Assembly: GCA_963702895.1 (NCBI GenBank)
Contig: OY969767.1
Location: 2,016,001-2,080,000 of the forward strand
DNA from: an uncultured Elusimicrobia bacterium
GTDB taxonomy: Bacteria > Elusimicrobiota > Elusimicrobia > 2-01-FULL-59-12
DNA: 64,000 nt
Reading direction: 5' to 3'
The notes under the pieces were generated by a model. That model was not told the DNA's origin, made no database searches, and worked only from the letters and a program-made list of their open reading frames with translations. Positions within the stretch are counted from its first letter, which is position 1, and each line of letters opens with the position of its first letter. Positions 57,001 through 64,000 of the stretch are shown here, piece by piece. The position numbers were made by a program, and so were the translations under genes.

Positions 57001-59310
57001 AGCCCCTGTCACCCAGAACTGAAACGCGCCGGTGGTGAGCGTGCCGCCGGAGGCAAGAATCCCGCCATTGACCGTCACCGAAGAAGCTAAGGTCCAGGCG
57101 GCGGTCCCTCCCATTTCGATATTCCCTAAGATCGGTGAGGTAAAGGTGGTGCAGGTCTTAGTACCGCTGCCAGTCATACGGAGGTTGTAATATTGAGCGT
57201 TCTTGCACGTTTGGTTGCCGCCCAGGGCATAGTTCACCGTGTTGGAACTGGCGGAGAAATTGACGGTGGTCACCGCCATGGCGTTGGTCGTGGCGCCGCT
57301 GGCGTTCAGGACAGAATCCAACCCTTGCGTCCAAGACCCGCCGCCGGTCAAGGTGCTCGAGGCGTTGACCGTGCCGTTGTTCGTCACAGACCCCGTCACC
57401 GTGAAGACGCCCGGGGTCGTGAGCGTCCCGTTGTTGGTGAGCGTGATGCCGGCTGCTACGGTGAGCGTCGTGATGCTCATGGTACCGCTGAGCGCTTGGT
57501 TGTTCGTGTTGAAGGTGGCCGTACCAGTGATGGCGACGCTTCCGGAAGTCCGGGTGAGGCCGCCCCGAAAGACGATCGCTGTGCTGGCGCCGCTCAATGT
57601 GCCGCCGCTCACCGTGACCAGTCCCGCGAAGAGTTTTGAGCCTGTGTCGCTGGTGAGCGATACCGTTCCCCCTGAGAGCGTCGAAGCCCCTGTCACCCAG
57701 AACTGAAACGCGCCGGTGGTGAGCGTGCCGCCGGAGGCAAGAATCCCGCCATTGACCGTCACCGAAGAAGCTAAGGTCCAGGCGGCGGTCCCTCCCATTT
57801 CGATATTCCCTAAGATCGGTGAGGTAAAGGTGGTGCAGGTCTTAGTACCGCTGCCAGTCATACGGAGGTTGTAATATTGAGCGTTCTTGCACGTTTGGTT
57901 GCCGCCCAGGGCATAGTTCACCGTGTTGGAACTGGCGGAGAAATTGACGGTGGTCACCGCCATGGCGTTGGTCGTGGCGCCGCTGGCGTTCAGGACAGAA
58001 TCCAACCCTTGCGTCCAAGACCCGCCGCCGGTCAAGGTGCTCGAGGCGTTGACCGTGCCGTTGTTCGTCACAGACCCCGTCACCGTGAAGACGCCCGGGG
58101 TCGTGAGCGTCCCGTTGTTGGTGAGCGTGATGCCGGCTGCTACGGTGAGCGTCGTGATGCTCATGGTACCGCTGAGCGCTTGGTTGTTCGTGTTGAAGGT
58201 CGCCGTGCCGGTGATCGACACGCTCCCCGAAGTCCGGGTGAGGCCGCCCCGAAAGACGATCGCTGTGCTGGCGCCGCTCAGCGTCCCTCCACTCACTGTA
58301 ACCAAGCCGACCATGACTTTCGACCCTGTGTCGCTGGTGAGCGATACCGTTCCCCCTGAGAGCGTCGAAGCCCCTGTCACCCAGAACTGAAACGCGCCGG
58401 TGGTGAGCGTGCCGCCGGAGGCAAGAATCCCGCCATTGACCGTCACCGAAGAAGCTAAGGTCCAGGCGGCGGTCCCTCCCATTTCGATATTCCCTAAGAT
58501 CGGTGAGGTAAAGGTGGTGCAGGTCTTAGTACCGCTGCCAGTCATACGGAGGTTGTAATACTGAGCGTTCTTGCACGTTTGGTTGCCGCCCAGGGCATAG
58601 TTCACCGTGTTGGAACTGGCGGAGAAATTGACGGTGGTCACCGCCATGGCGTTGGTCGTGGCGCCGCTGGCGTTCAAAATGGAATTGGCTCCTTGGTTCC
58701 ACGTGCCAGCTCCCGTCAGTGTCCCCAGGGTTGACGCGGTGCCGTTATTGGTCATAGTGCCGGTCACGGTCATGGTGCCGGCCACCGAGATCGTCCCGTT
58801 ATTCGTCACCGTCCCAGCCGATATCGTAAGCGCTCCCGCAAAAGAGAGGTTCGCCGTGCCCTGAATGGTTTTGTTGTTGGTTAAGGTGGTCAGGCCGGTG
58901 AGGGTGTTGGATCCAGTTCCGTCAATCGTCGTCCCGGCGCCCGTGAGCGTGAGGGCACCGCCACCGCTGTTGGTGCCGTTGTTGGTGTAATTGCCGGTGC
59001 CTGTCAGAGTGAATGTGTTATTGATGGTGAGTATCCCCCCATTGTTAATGGTGATCGCTGTAACAGCTTGAGCGGGGGTGGCGGTCACCGTGACGGTATG
59101 GCCATTGGCAACGGTCATACTGTCGGCCGTTCCGGGAAAATCAACTCCTTGCGTGCAGGCCGCCGCGCAGGCGCCGCCCCACGTCGTGCCGATATTGAAA
59201 TTCCCGGACTGCGATGAAGTGAAAGCGGCTGCCTGGGCGGGAGTCTGCATGAGAAAAAATGCAGCCGCACTAGCACCGCAAAGGAGCGCTAATCTTTGAA
59301 TCCGTAACAT
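48094..59310 (-). CDS. Giant (3738-aa) repetitive secreted adhesin-like protein with C-terminal pilin-like domain
   Basis: AQA signal peptide; Thr/Gly/Asn/Ser-rich beta-helix-like sequence; 228-aa (684-bp) tandem repeats and larger duplications; the last ~145 aa align with the small subunits. Confidence 0.9.
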   Translation of the reverse strand: MLRIQRLALLCGASAAAFFLMQTPAQAAAFTSSQSGNFNIGTTWGGACAAACTQGVDFPGTADSMTVANGHTVTVTATPAQAVTAITINNGGILTINNTFTLTGTGNYTNNGTNSGGGALTLTGAGTTIDGTGSNTLTGLTTLTNNKTIQGTANLSFAGALTISAGTVTNNGTISVAGTMTVTGTMTNNGTASTLGTLTGAGTWNQGANSILNASGATTNAMAVTTVNFSASSNTVNYALGGNQTCKNAQYYNLRMTGSGTKTCTTFTSPILGNIEMGGTAAWTLASSVTVNGGILASGGTLTTGAFQFWVTGASTLSGGTVSLTSDTGSKVMVGLVTVSGGTLSGASTAIVFRGGLTRTSGSVSITGTATFNTNNQALSGTMSITTLTVAAGITLTNNGTLTTPGVFTVTGSVTNNGTVNASSTLTGGGSWTQGLDSVLNASGATTNAMAVTTVNFSASSNTVNYALGGNQTCKNAQYYNLRMTGSGTKTCTTFTSPILGNIEMGGTAAWTLASSVTVNGGILASGGTLTTGAFQFWVTGASTLSGGTVSLTSDTGSKLFAGLVTVSGGTLSGASTAIVFRGGLTRTSGSVAITGTATFNTNNQALSGTMSITTLTVAAGITLTNNGTLTTPGVFTVTGSVTNNGTVNASSTLTGGGSWTQGLDSVLNASGATTNAMAVTTVNFSASSNTVNYALGGNQTCKNAQYYNLRMTGSGTKTCTTFTSPILGNIEMGGTAAWTLASSVTVNGGILASGGTLTTGAFQFWVTGASTLSGGTVSLTSDTGSKLFAGLVTVSGGTLSGASTAIVFRGGLTRTSGSVSITGTATFNTNNQALSGTMSITTLTVAAGITLTNNGTLTTPGVFTVTGSVTNNGTVNTSSTLTGGGSWTQGLDSVLNASGATTNAMAVTTVNFSASSNTVNYALGGNQTCKNAQYYNLRMTGSGTKTCTTFTSPILGNIEMGGTAAWTLASSVTVNGGILASGGTLTTGAFQFWVTGASTLSGGTVSLTSDTGSKVMVGLVTVSGGTLSGASALIVFRGGLTRTSGSVAITGTATFNTNNQALSGTMSITTLTVAAGITLTNNGTLTTPGVFTVTGSVTNNGTVNASSTLTGGGSWTQGLDSVLNASGATTNAMAVTTVNFSASSNTVNYALGGNQTCKNAQYYNLRMTGSGTKTCTTFTSPIVGNLTLGGSMVWTLGSDIAIDGDFIISGGTMNTNANSYRVDLGGDMQLNSGAFTVNRSTVALTGSSAQTITNAGLPFWVLIDSNTSSGGVTFASSFTATKLMINRADLANETTVYFNANSTFTITTLSLAGASGKKIWLRSTVDDTNWYLNNTGTNSITYVDVRDSDARAGSIIQANDGGSQNSGNNYNWYFGSGGQTRTWWGTVDTNWWNPSNWESGVPSTDDYVLIVSTALVMPVPTSHLSMAGLTITGSLTTAGYNFTVYGPTSLSGTLTLTNATGNKTFNGTVTVGNGGILNTDTGTVVFNDAVTVNSGGVLRISNTTGSKTFNGTLTVDGDLNVTAAETVAINADLVMNGTTSGAADTTFLPAFAKVGGGTISGTAGATDFGSPTFTTAYTNTASLNLATLTITGTTLTNQGTITVNTALNGTGGFTNAAGGTLNLNFTGTPGITTLTANASGNTVRYNFAGIQTCRNIQYYNLAFGGSGVKTCTTFTSPILGNIEMGGTAAWTLGSSVTVNGGILASGGTLTTGAFQFWVTGASTLSGGTVSLTSDTGSKLFAGLVTVSGGTLSGASTGIVFRGGLTRTSGSIAITGTATFNTNNQALSGTMSITTLTVAAGMTLTNNGTLTTPGVFTVTGSVTNNGTVNASSTLTGGGSWTQGLDSVLNASGATTNAMAVTTVDFVSSSNTVNYALAGAQTCKNAQYYNLTFSGSGAKTCTTFTSPIVGNLTLGGSMVWTLGSDIAISGDFVISGGTMNTNANSYRVDLGGDMQLNSGAFTVNRSTVALTGSSAQTITNAGLPFWVLIDSNTSSGGVTFASSFTATKLMINRADLANETTVYFNANSTFTITTLSLVGASGKKIWLRSTIDDTNWYLNNTGTSSGVYVDVRDSDARSGRAIVANDGTSVNSGNNFFWSFLTGQIRTWWGAVDTNWWNWSNWDEGYPTSQDSVLIVSTATFMPVPTAAVTISSLTVRSGSTLTTAGFDFTANGSVDVYGTLTLTNATGNKTFNKTVTIGNGGILNTDTGTSIFVDVQVDAGGTLQIPSTTGSKTFNDTLTVDGDFNVTAAETVNINGNLVMNGTTSGAAATTFLPAFAKVGGGTISGTAGATDFGSPTFTTAYTNTASLNLATLTITGTTLTNQGTVTVNTALSGTGGFTNAAGGTLNLNFTGTPGITTLTANASGNTVRYNFAGVQTCRLTNYDTLELGNSGAKTCALVGGANNVQNITLSGTASWSLSAASTISGTLTVGNGTTVTKGNNAAVNFGAVDVSGTLSVTTTLGSVVFGTITVNNGGLVNFTAAEPTSVSGDLQVDGTGSITSNTGLWTFNKVGGGGSLSGTATSVAITNATFSTAYTNSVATLSVGGTLTINEDFVNDSAGVISAATINIAGTKTLTNNGSLTASGVVTVTGAVINNGTVNASSTLTGVGSWTQGLDSVLNASGATTNAMAVTTVDFVSSSNTVNYALAGAQTCKNAQYYNLTFSGSGAKTCTTFTSPIVGNLTLGGSMVWTLGSDIAISGDFVISGGTMNTNANSYRVDLGGDMQLNSGAFTVNRSTVALTGSSAQTITNAGLPFWVLIDSNTSSGGVTFASSFTATKLMINRADLANETTVYFNANSTFTITTLSLVGASGKKIWLRSTIDDTNWYLNNTGTSSGVYVDVRDSDARSGRAIVANDGTSVNSGNNFFWSFLTGQIRTWWGAVDTNWWNWSNWDEGYPTSQDSVLIVSTATFMPVPTAAVTISSLTVRSGSTLTTAGFDFTANGSVDVYGTLTLTNATGNKTFNKTVTIGNGGILNTDTGTSIFVDVQVDAGGTLQIPSTTGSKTFNDTLTVDGDFNVTAAETVNINGNLVMNGTTSGAAATTFLPAFAKVGGGTISGTAGATDFGSPTFTTAYTNTASLNLATLTITGTTLTNQGTITVNTALNGTGGFTNAAGGTLNLNFTGTPGITTLTANASGNTVRYNFAGIQTCRNIQYYNLAFGGSGVKTCTTFTSPILGNIEMGGTAAWTLGSSVTVNGGILASGGTLTTGAFQFWVTGASTLSGGTVSLTSDTGSKLFAGLVTVSGGTLSGASTGIVFRGGLTRTSGSIAITGTATFNTNNQALSGTMSITTLTVAAGMTLTNNGTLTTPGVFTVTGSVTNNGTVNASSTLTGGGSWTQGLDSVLNASGATTNAMAVTTVDFVSSSNTVNYALAGAQTCKNAQYYNLTFSGSGAKTCTTFTSPIVGNLTLGGSMVWTLGSDIAIDGDFIISGGTMNTNANSYRVDLGGDMQLNSGAFTVNRSTVALTGSSAQTITNAGLPFWVLIDSNTSSGGVTFASSFTATKLTVDGAGLASATTVYFNAHSTFTIANLVLRGSSGNTVWIRPTPPDQMWYLNNTSTNTVSYVDVAYSSASAGVVIAAGPDSIDSENNTNWTFVILSLSLSPSSYDFGSVPVASTVVSGSAIAVTNTGNVAETFSLSITTSGPTTVWGVGTALPTSRNTFAMFGKFNSVQPLSDIFSSTDIIISTPTASTPGIYGANQTGVSVPVSASRNLWLRLDTPPTTSTTNQQQMILTVTATAP

Positions 59311-59398
59311 CGATCAAGCCTAGGGGGAATTGATCGATATTTCAATCACTTTTTAAGTTTTTTGAGATGTGGGACGCGATGAATTTCAGTGGCTGATT

Positions 59399-60751
59399 TT
59401 ATGAAGCGATGCCGCCGACTACGACACCCTTGGGAATGCGCAGCGTAGGGAGTCCATCGGACACGGGGGCGCCCTGGCCATCTTTGCCGCAGGTTCCTAC
59501 AGACCAGCCCATATCGGAACCCACGAGATCAATGGCTTTGAGCACATCCGGGCCGTTGCCGAGGAGATTGGCGGATCGGATGAGCGGACCCGCCTTCCCG
59601 TCTTTGATCAAAAATCCTTCTTCCACTTCAAAAACAAAATCGCCGGTCGCGGGCTCCACCTGCCCGCCGCCCATCTTGGTCACGAGAAGCCCATTCTCGA
59701 CGGAGCGTAAGATCATGGCGGGATCATCTGGCCCTGAGGCGACAAAGGTATTGGCCATGCGCGGAATGGGCCGATGACGGTACGACTCGCGCCTTCCGTG
59801 ACCGTTGGAAGCAACGCCGTCCTTTTTTGATGTTTGCCTGTCGTAAATGTAGGTCTTAAGCACCCCGTGATCGACGAGAACAGAGCGTTGCGAGGGAGTT
59901 CCTTCGTCATCAAAAGCGTAAAAGCCGCGCTGGCCAGGCATCGTGGGATCTTCGAGGACGCTCACCTTTTCGTTTCCGATCACCTTTCCGACGGCGCCCC
60001 TATACATCGGCGACACACCTTTTTGCACAGCATCGGCCTCAAGGGGATGGCCAATCGCTTCATGAATGAGGGTCCCCCCCGCTTCGGCCGCGATGATGAT
60101 CGGCATCTCACCCAAGGGCGCGTCGGGTGCGGTTAAACGATCGACCGCCCGCTGTGCCACTTTTTGGGAGAGTCGGGCAACATCCACGCGACTCAAGAAC
60201 TCAAAACCTGACGAGCCGCTCACCGCGTCATAGGCGGTTTGGAGGAGGCCGTCCTTTTCGGCAACGACCGAAATGGAGAAGGTGAGAACAGCCCGCCATT
60301 CTTCCGTCGATGATCCTTCTGAAGTCCAAATCCGGACGTGTTTGTCAGTCTCCCCGTAAGAAATGGAAATCTGGCGGACCCGGGGGAGCTTGGCCGCCTG
60401 GTAGCACTGCTGCAACAACTTTACTTTTTCGTCAACCGCAACCTGGGAGGCCTCGCGGAGGACTTGGGGTTGATAGGACCTGGGGGCCATGAGGAATTTG
60501 CTCCTGAGAAGCTCTTTCGCCCATCGGTCAAGATCCTCGGAGGAGGGGTGGTCGACGCTGGCGTAACGACATTCTTCACCCTGGAGAGCGCGAAGTCCCG
60601 CCCCACATTCTTGGTTCTGGGTCAGGCGCTCGATCTTGCCTTCTTCCCAACGAAGCGTGAAGGATCGCGCGTCTTCCCAGTAGAGGTCGGCGTAATCGCC
60701 AAATCGCAGTATGGACGAAAGGTCTGATGGCATCTGACGGATGGCAGTCAT
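59399..60751 (-). CDS. tldD: TldD family metalloprotease
   Basis: YADLYWE, GAGLR, HEAIGHPLEAD, DDEG, GHGRRESY...PRMANT, TCGKDGQ. The ORF extension to 60919 runs through a repeat. Confidence 0.92.
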   Translation of the reverse strand: MTAIRQMPSDLSSILRFGDYADLYWEDARSFTLRWEEGKIERLTQNQECGAGLRALQGEECRYASVDHPSSEDLDRWAKELLRSKFLMAPRSYQPQVLREASQVAVDEKVKLLQQCYQAAKLPRVRQISISYGETDKHVRIWTSEGSSTEEWRAVLTFSISVVAEKDGLLQTAYDAVSGSSGFEFLSRVDVARLSQKVAQRAVDRLTAPDAPLGEMPIIIAAEAGGTLIHEAIGHPLEADAVQKGVSPMYRGAVGKVIGNEKVSVLEDPTMPGQRGFYAFDDEGTPSQRSVLVDHGVLKTYIYDRQTSKKDGVASNGHGRRESYRHRPIPRMANTFVASGPDDPAMILRSVENGLLVTKMGGGQVEPATGDFVFEVEEGFLIKDGKAGPLIRSANLLGNGPDVLKAIDLVGSDMGWSVGTCGKDGQGAPVSDGLPTLRIPKGVVVGGIAS

Positions 60752-61000
60752 AGAACGGGCATGATTGTAACTTATCAGAGAGAATCGCCTGCGGGCATCA
60801 AGCGCCCTCACCCTCGGCGCTCGCTGCGCTCGGCCTCTCCCTCTCCCGCGTGCACGCGGGAGAGGTCGCCAAGACTGCCGGCGACTCGCCGGACGTCTGG
60901 CGAGGTGGGGTGAGGGCACCCCCGTTTAGCTGAGATTTCTACGACCCGTTGCCAGGCTTGTTGTTCTTGAGAATAGAGATGGAAACGCCGGTTTCTGAGA

Positions 61001-62548
61001 TTACGGCAGAGGCAGACTGACGACGAAGGTGCTCCCTTGTCCGAGCTCGGACTCCACGCGGACGCGCCCGCCATGTTCTTCGACAACGCGCTTCACGAGG
61101 GCGAGCCCCAGGCCCATTCCCTGGACCTGGCCGGTGAAGCTGCCTTCGATCTGATAAAACTTATTAAAGATCTTTTCCCATTCCTCGTGCGGGATGCCGG
61201 GGCCATTATCCTTGAAAAGAATCTCCAGCGTACGCTCTTTCACTCGGGCGGAAAGCGCGAGCTGCCTTGGCGTCCGTGGATTAAACTTGACGGCGTTCTC
61301 AATCAGGTTTCGGAAGACTTCTTTCATCCAGATCTTATCAAGGCTCAGCACAGGCGCGCTGTTGAGGCTCTCGTCGCGCACAATGTCCGCCTCGGTGGTG
61401 CGCAAATAGGAAGCCAGATCGGAGAGCGCCATATCAAAGAGCGAAAGGATCGAATAGGGTTTTACGGTGAGCTCCATCTTTTCACCTTCCAGTGCCGCAA
61501 ACCACACAATCTTTTCGACGAGGTTCGCGAGCTGCTGGCTGTTCCGGTCGATCGTCTCCAGTGCCGTCTTCTGGAAGGACGTGAGCTCTTCAGGCTTTTC
61601 CAGAAGCATGGGCGTAAAACCGCGAATCGCGACGAGCGGAGTCTTCAGTTTGTGCGACACAAGAGCTAAAAAGTTTTTCTTCAGCTGCGCTTCGCGACGC
61701 TCTTCGGTCACGTTGGAAAACACCACGAGATAGCCGCTGACCTTGCCTCGGTCATTGCAGACCTGATTGATGACCCCTGCCAGGATGAGAGGTGGTTCGC
61801 CTTGACGGAGAAGCTCCACACCGCAGGCTCCTCCGAGGGTCGGCACTTCCGACCAAGGAGGTTTGACCTCAAAGGAAGATTCGATGTCCTTCCAGGTCAT
61901 GCCCTCGAGCCTTTCCCTGCCCAAGAGGTGATGAGCGGCAGGATTTCCGAGGACCACTTTTCCGCATGGCTCCAGCAACAAGGCCCCTTCGGCCATCTCC
62001 CCCAGGATGGTCGACATCTTCTCTCGTTCCTGGCGGATGGATTCGAAAAGCCTGGCATTTTCGATGGCAATCGCGGCCTGGGCGGCAAACGTCTCGAGCA
62101 TCTGAACATCGTGTTCGATAAACGGTGAGCCATCTGCCCGATTGATGGCTTCCATCACGCCAATGAGCTTGTCTTTCATGAGCATGGGAACAGCCAGAAT
62201 CGCTTTGGTTTGAAATTGGGTTTGCTTGTCGGCTTTTTGCGTCCAGCGAGGGTCATGGGCCACATCATTGACCACGGCAGGCTTCTTGTTTTCCGCGACC
62301 CAACCAGCGATCCCCTCCCCTTTCTTGAGCCGGACCTGCTGAAGGGCCTCGCCCTTTTCACCCAGCGCCACATCGAAATAGAGTTCGCCGGTGGCGTGGT
62401 CCATCAGAAGAAGGGACCCCGCCTCGGCCCGGACGACTTCACTGGCGAGTTTCACAACGGTGGCTAAGAGCTCGGATAATCGGAGGGTCGACGCGATCGC
62501 GCGTGTCGCTTCAAAGATTCTGACGAGATCCTGTTCCGCAAGCAGCAT
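61001..62548 (-). CDS. Cytoplasmic GAF-PAS sensor histidine kinase
   Basis: GAF (GEGIAGWV, AAIAIENARL), SHKLKTPL H-box, NLIENAVKF, DNGPGI, GMGLGLA, GSTF. Confidence 0.92.
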   Translation of the reverse strand: MLLAEQDLVRIFEATRAIASTLRLSELLATVVKLASEVVRAEAGSLLLMDHATGELYFDVALGEKGEALQQVRLKKGEGIAGWVAENKKPAVVNDVAHDPRWTQKADKQTQFQTKAILAVPMLMKDKLIGVMEAINRADGSPFIEHDVQMLETFAAQAAIAIENARLFESIRQEREKMSTILGEMAEGALLLEPCGKVVLGNPAAHHLLGRERLEGMTWKDIESSFEVKPPWSEVPTLGGACGVELLRQGEPPLILAGVINQVCNDRGKVSGYLVVFSNVTEERREAQLKKNFLALVSHKLKTPLVAIRGFTPMLLEKPEELTSFQKTALETIDRNSQQLANLVEKIVWFAALEGEKMELTVKPYSILSLFDMALSDLASYLRTTEADIVRDESLNSAPVLSLDKIWMKEVFRNLIENAVKFNPRTPRQLALSARVKERTLEILFKDNGPGIPHEEWEKIFNKFYQIEGSFTGQVQGMGLGLALVKRVVEEHGGRVRVESELGQGSTFVVSLPLP

Positions 62549-62584
62549 AGACTGTTTGGAGTTTAGAAGGATCGAGCTGAATTT

Positions 62585-63412
62585 TCAATAGGAATTTTGC
62601 TGCTGTGTCCTAGGGCGCCGGCGGGGTGGTCGGGGTTTGTGTGCCGGATGACGAGAAGGCGGCACGACAAACTTTTTTCGGAGGTCTTTGCGGACCGTCG
62701 GGGTAAAGGCTGTCCATGTCCGTTGGATGGCCTGATGACGCTCTCGAAGTCGCCCGCGCTTGCCCGCATAGACGCGCATCGGCCCTGAGGGCTCTTTGAG
62801 CCGGCGCAGGGGTTTTCCACGCGCCGCAAGCACTTCCTCGCCGGAATTCACCCGCATCGCTTGGCCAGGTCCTTGCGCACTTTCGGCGGGTTGCATTTCA
62901 ACCGTCCCTTCAAAAACTCCCAAGCGCGAGCCTTCCGAGCGAGAAAAGGTTAACGCAAATGCCGTCCCGCGGACGGCCACCACCGCCACCGGCGTGTTGA
63001 GCTCCCAGCGTTGAGCTCTGCCCACAGCGCGCGCGGAATCCACAATACCCAGAAGTGTCCCGGAAGTGAGATGAAATCGGCCGGCACTCATCTCCAGGTG
63101 GTCTATGACCAGTTCTGTTTCTGGTTCGAGCATCCAAAGCGCGGTCTCTCCTGCCACCAGCTCCACACGCCCATCCTCGCCAGTGCGGAGTTGGTCCCCC
63201 GGCTCAAGCGGCAGCCCGTCATGAGGCACAATCCATTCCGCAGCGCCCTGCGTGAGCAACCCGACATCGCCGGAGAGCGCGCCAAGGCGGGCCTGGTTAT
63301 CGGACAAATCCTCTGCATCAAGTGGACCCATGAGCGATCCCATCATGAAAATGAGCACCAGACCGAAGTTCCTTCTCCCGACCGGAGTGTCGGGAGACCC
63401 GCGCTTCCACAA
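62585..63412 (-). CDS. Secreted FecR-domain protein (start uncertain, about 63350-63412)
   Basis: LEPGDQLRTGEDGRVEL and TPVAVVAVRGTAF motifs; hydrophobic leader. Confidence 0.75.
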   Translation of the reverse strand: MWKRGSPDTPVGRRNFGLVLIFMMGSLMGPLDAEDLSDNQARLGALSGDVGLLTQGAAEWIVPHDGLPLEPGDQLRTGEDGRVELVAGETALWMLEPETELVIDHLEMSAGRFHLTSGTLLGIVDSARAVGRAQRWELNTPVAVVAVRGTAFALTFSRSEGSRLGVFEGTVEMQPAESAQGPGQAMRVNSGEEVLAARGKPLRRLKEPSGPMRVYAGKRGRLRERHQAIQRTWTAFTPTVRKDLRKKFVVPPSRHPAHKPRPPRRRPRTQQQNSY

Positions 63413-63614
63413 TTTTCCTATAGCGCGTCCCGTCCACCCTGCGGGTGAAGGGACAGTCCCTACAGTCGCCTCAGGCGACCTGTCGGGACGCAGGTCCCAC
63501 GGTCGTAAGTGGGAAGGTTGGGATGAGGGCACGTCAGACTTGCCCTCACCCGTGGCCCTGTGGGCCACGCCCTCTCCCGTCTTACGCCGGGAGAAGGGAC
63601 TGGACCACTTCCGA

Positions 63615-64000
63615 TCAGCGTTTCTTCTTGGCATTCAAGTGTTCCTTGTAGTACCGGGAGAAGCGGTGTGTGCCCTGCCCATCTGAAACAAAAAAAAGCA
63701 TCTCCGTCACCGCCGGATGCGCGGCCGCCTCGAGCGAAGCCAGGCCTGGATTGCAAATCGGCCCAGGAGGAAGTCCAGGATGCCGATACGTATTGTAGGG
63801 AGAATCCACTTGGAGATCTTTGTAGAGGAGACGGGGCTTCCAAGTGCCCAAGGCGTACTCGACCGTCGCACAGGACTCGAGGTACATCCGTTTCTTAAGC
63901 CTGTTGTGGAAAACTCCCGCGATGAGAGCGCGCTCGTCCGGGACACGCGCCTCTTTCTCAATGATCGAGGCGAGCGTCACGAGCTGCTTCGTGGTGAGCT
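63615..64000 (-). CDS. mltG: Endolytic transglycosylase MltG, C-terminal part
   Basis: LASIIEKEA, IAGVFHNRL, DSPYNTY..PGLPPGPICNPG, LFFVSDGQGTHRFS. Confidence 0.93.
   Translation of the reverse strand, partial: LTTKQLVTLASIIEKEARVPDERALIAGVFHNRLKKRMYLESCATVEYALGTWKPRLLYKDLQVDSPYNTYRHPGLPPGPICNPGLASLEAAAHPAVTEMLFFVSDGQGTHRFSRYYKEHLNAKKKR

Noticed and set aside
41263..59310. Diversity-generating retroelement acting on the subunit or adhesin repeats
   Set aside because: No reverse transcriptase in the window, all copies are intact ORFs, and the differences are not obviously adenine-specific.
61001..62548. Histidine kinase as the proven partner of the ANTAR regulator
   Set aside because: It is 13 kb away in a housekeeping run; nothing in the sequence links the two.

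Overview
A GC-rich, diderm bacterial chromosome segment, mostly on the minus strand. PorV-like barrel and FlgD-Ig C-terminal-domain genes plus the overall gene style suggest Elusimicrobiota, but that is inference only. (1) 1-17.9 kb is housekeeping: ddl', murB, murC, an RlmI-type methyltransferase, an NTPase, queE, queD, murI, an amidase, a GH161-like glucan phosphorylase, a glycogen debranching enzyme, a P-II plus porin operon with ANTAR-type RNA leaders, PduO, a class II glutamine amidotransferase and a HEXXH protein. (2) 17.9-26.9 kb is a plastic region between a tmRNA and a convergent tRNA-Arg(GCG). It holds three tandem DUF1016/YhcG copies (two truncated by a 64-bp array), small cassette-like genes, seven inverted copies of the tmRNA 3' end, and three tRNA-Arg copies nested one inside another. 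(3) 27-33.5 kb holds DUF3307, a CHASE2 adenylate cyclase, hisS and a cNMP-patatin. (4) 33.7-59.3 kb is the best candidate for an undescribed system, an apparent donor-strand-exchange surface fibre locus with no usher or sortase in the window. It has six tandem secreted ~187-aa subunits; a 3738-aa adhesin ending in a subunit-like domain without the N-terminal strand (tip); an FN3/FlgD-Ig protein beginning with only that strand (anchor); a PorV-like barrel; two chaperone-like Ig proteins (one fused to an Rrf2-type HTH); and an embedded ANTAR response regulator. (5) 59.4-64 kb holds tldD, a GAF/PAS histidine kinase, a FecR-domain protein and mltG'. All family assignments come from motif recognition by eye; no searches were run.
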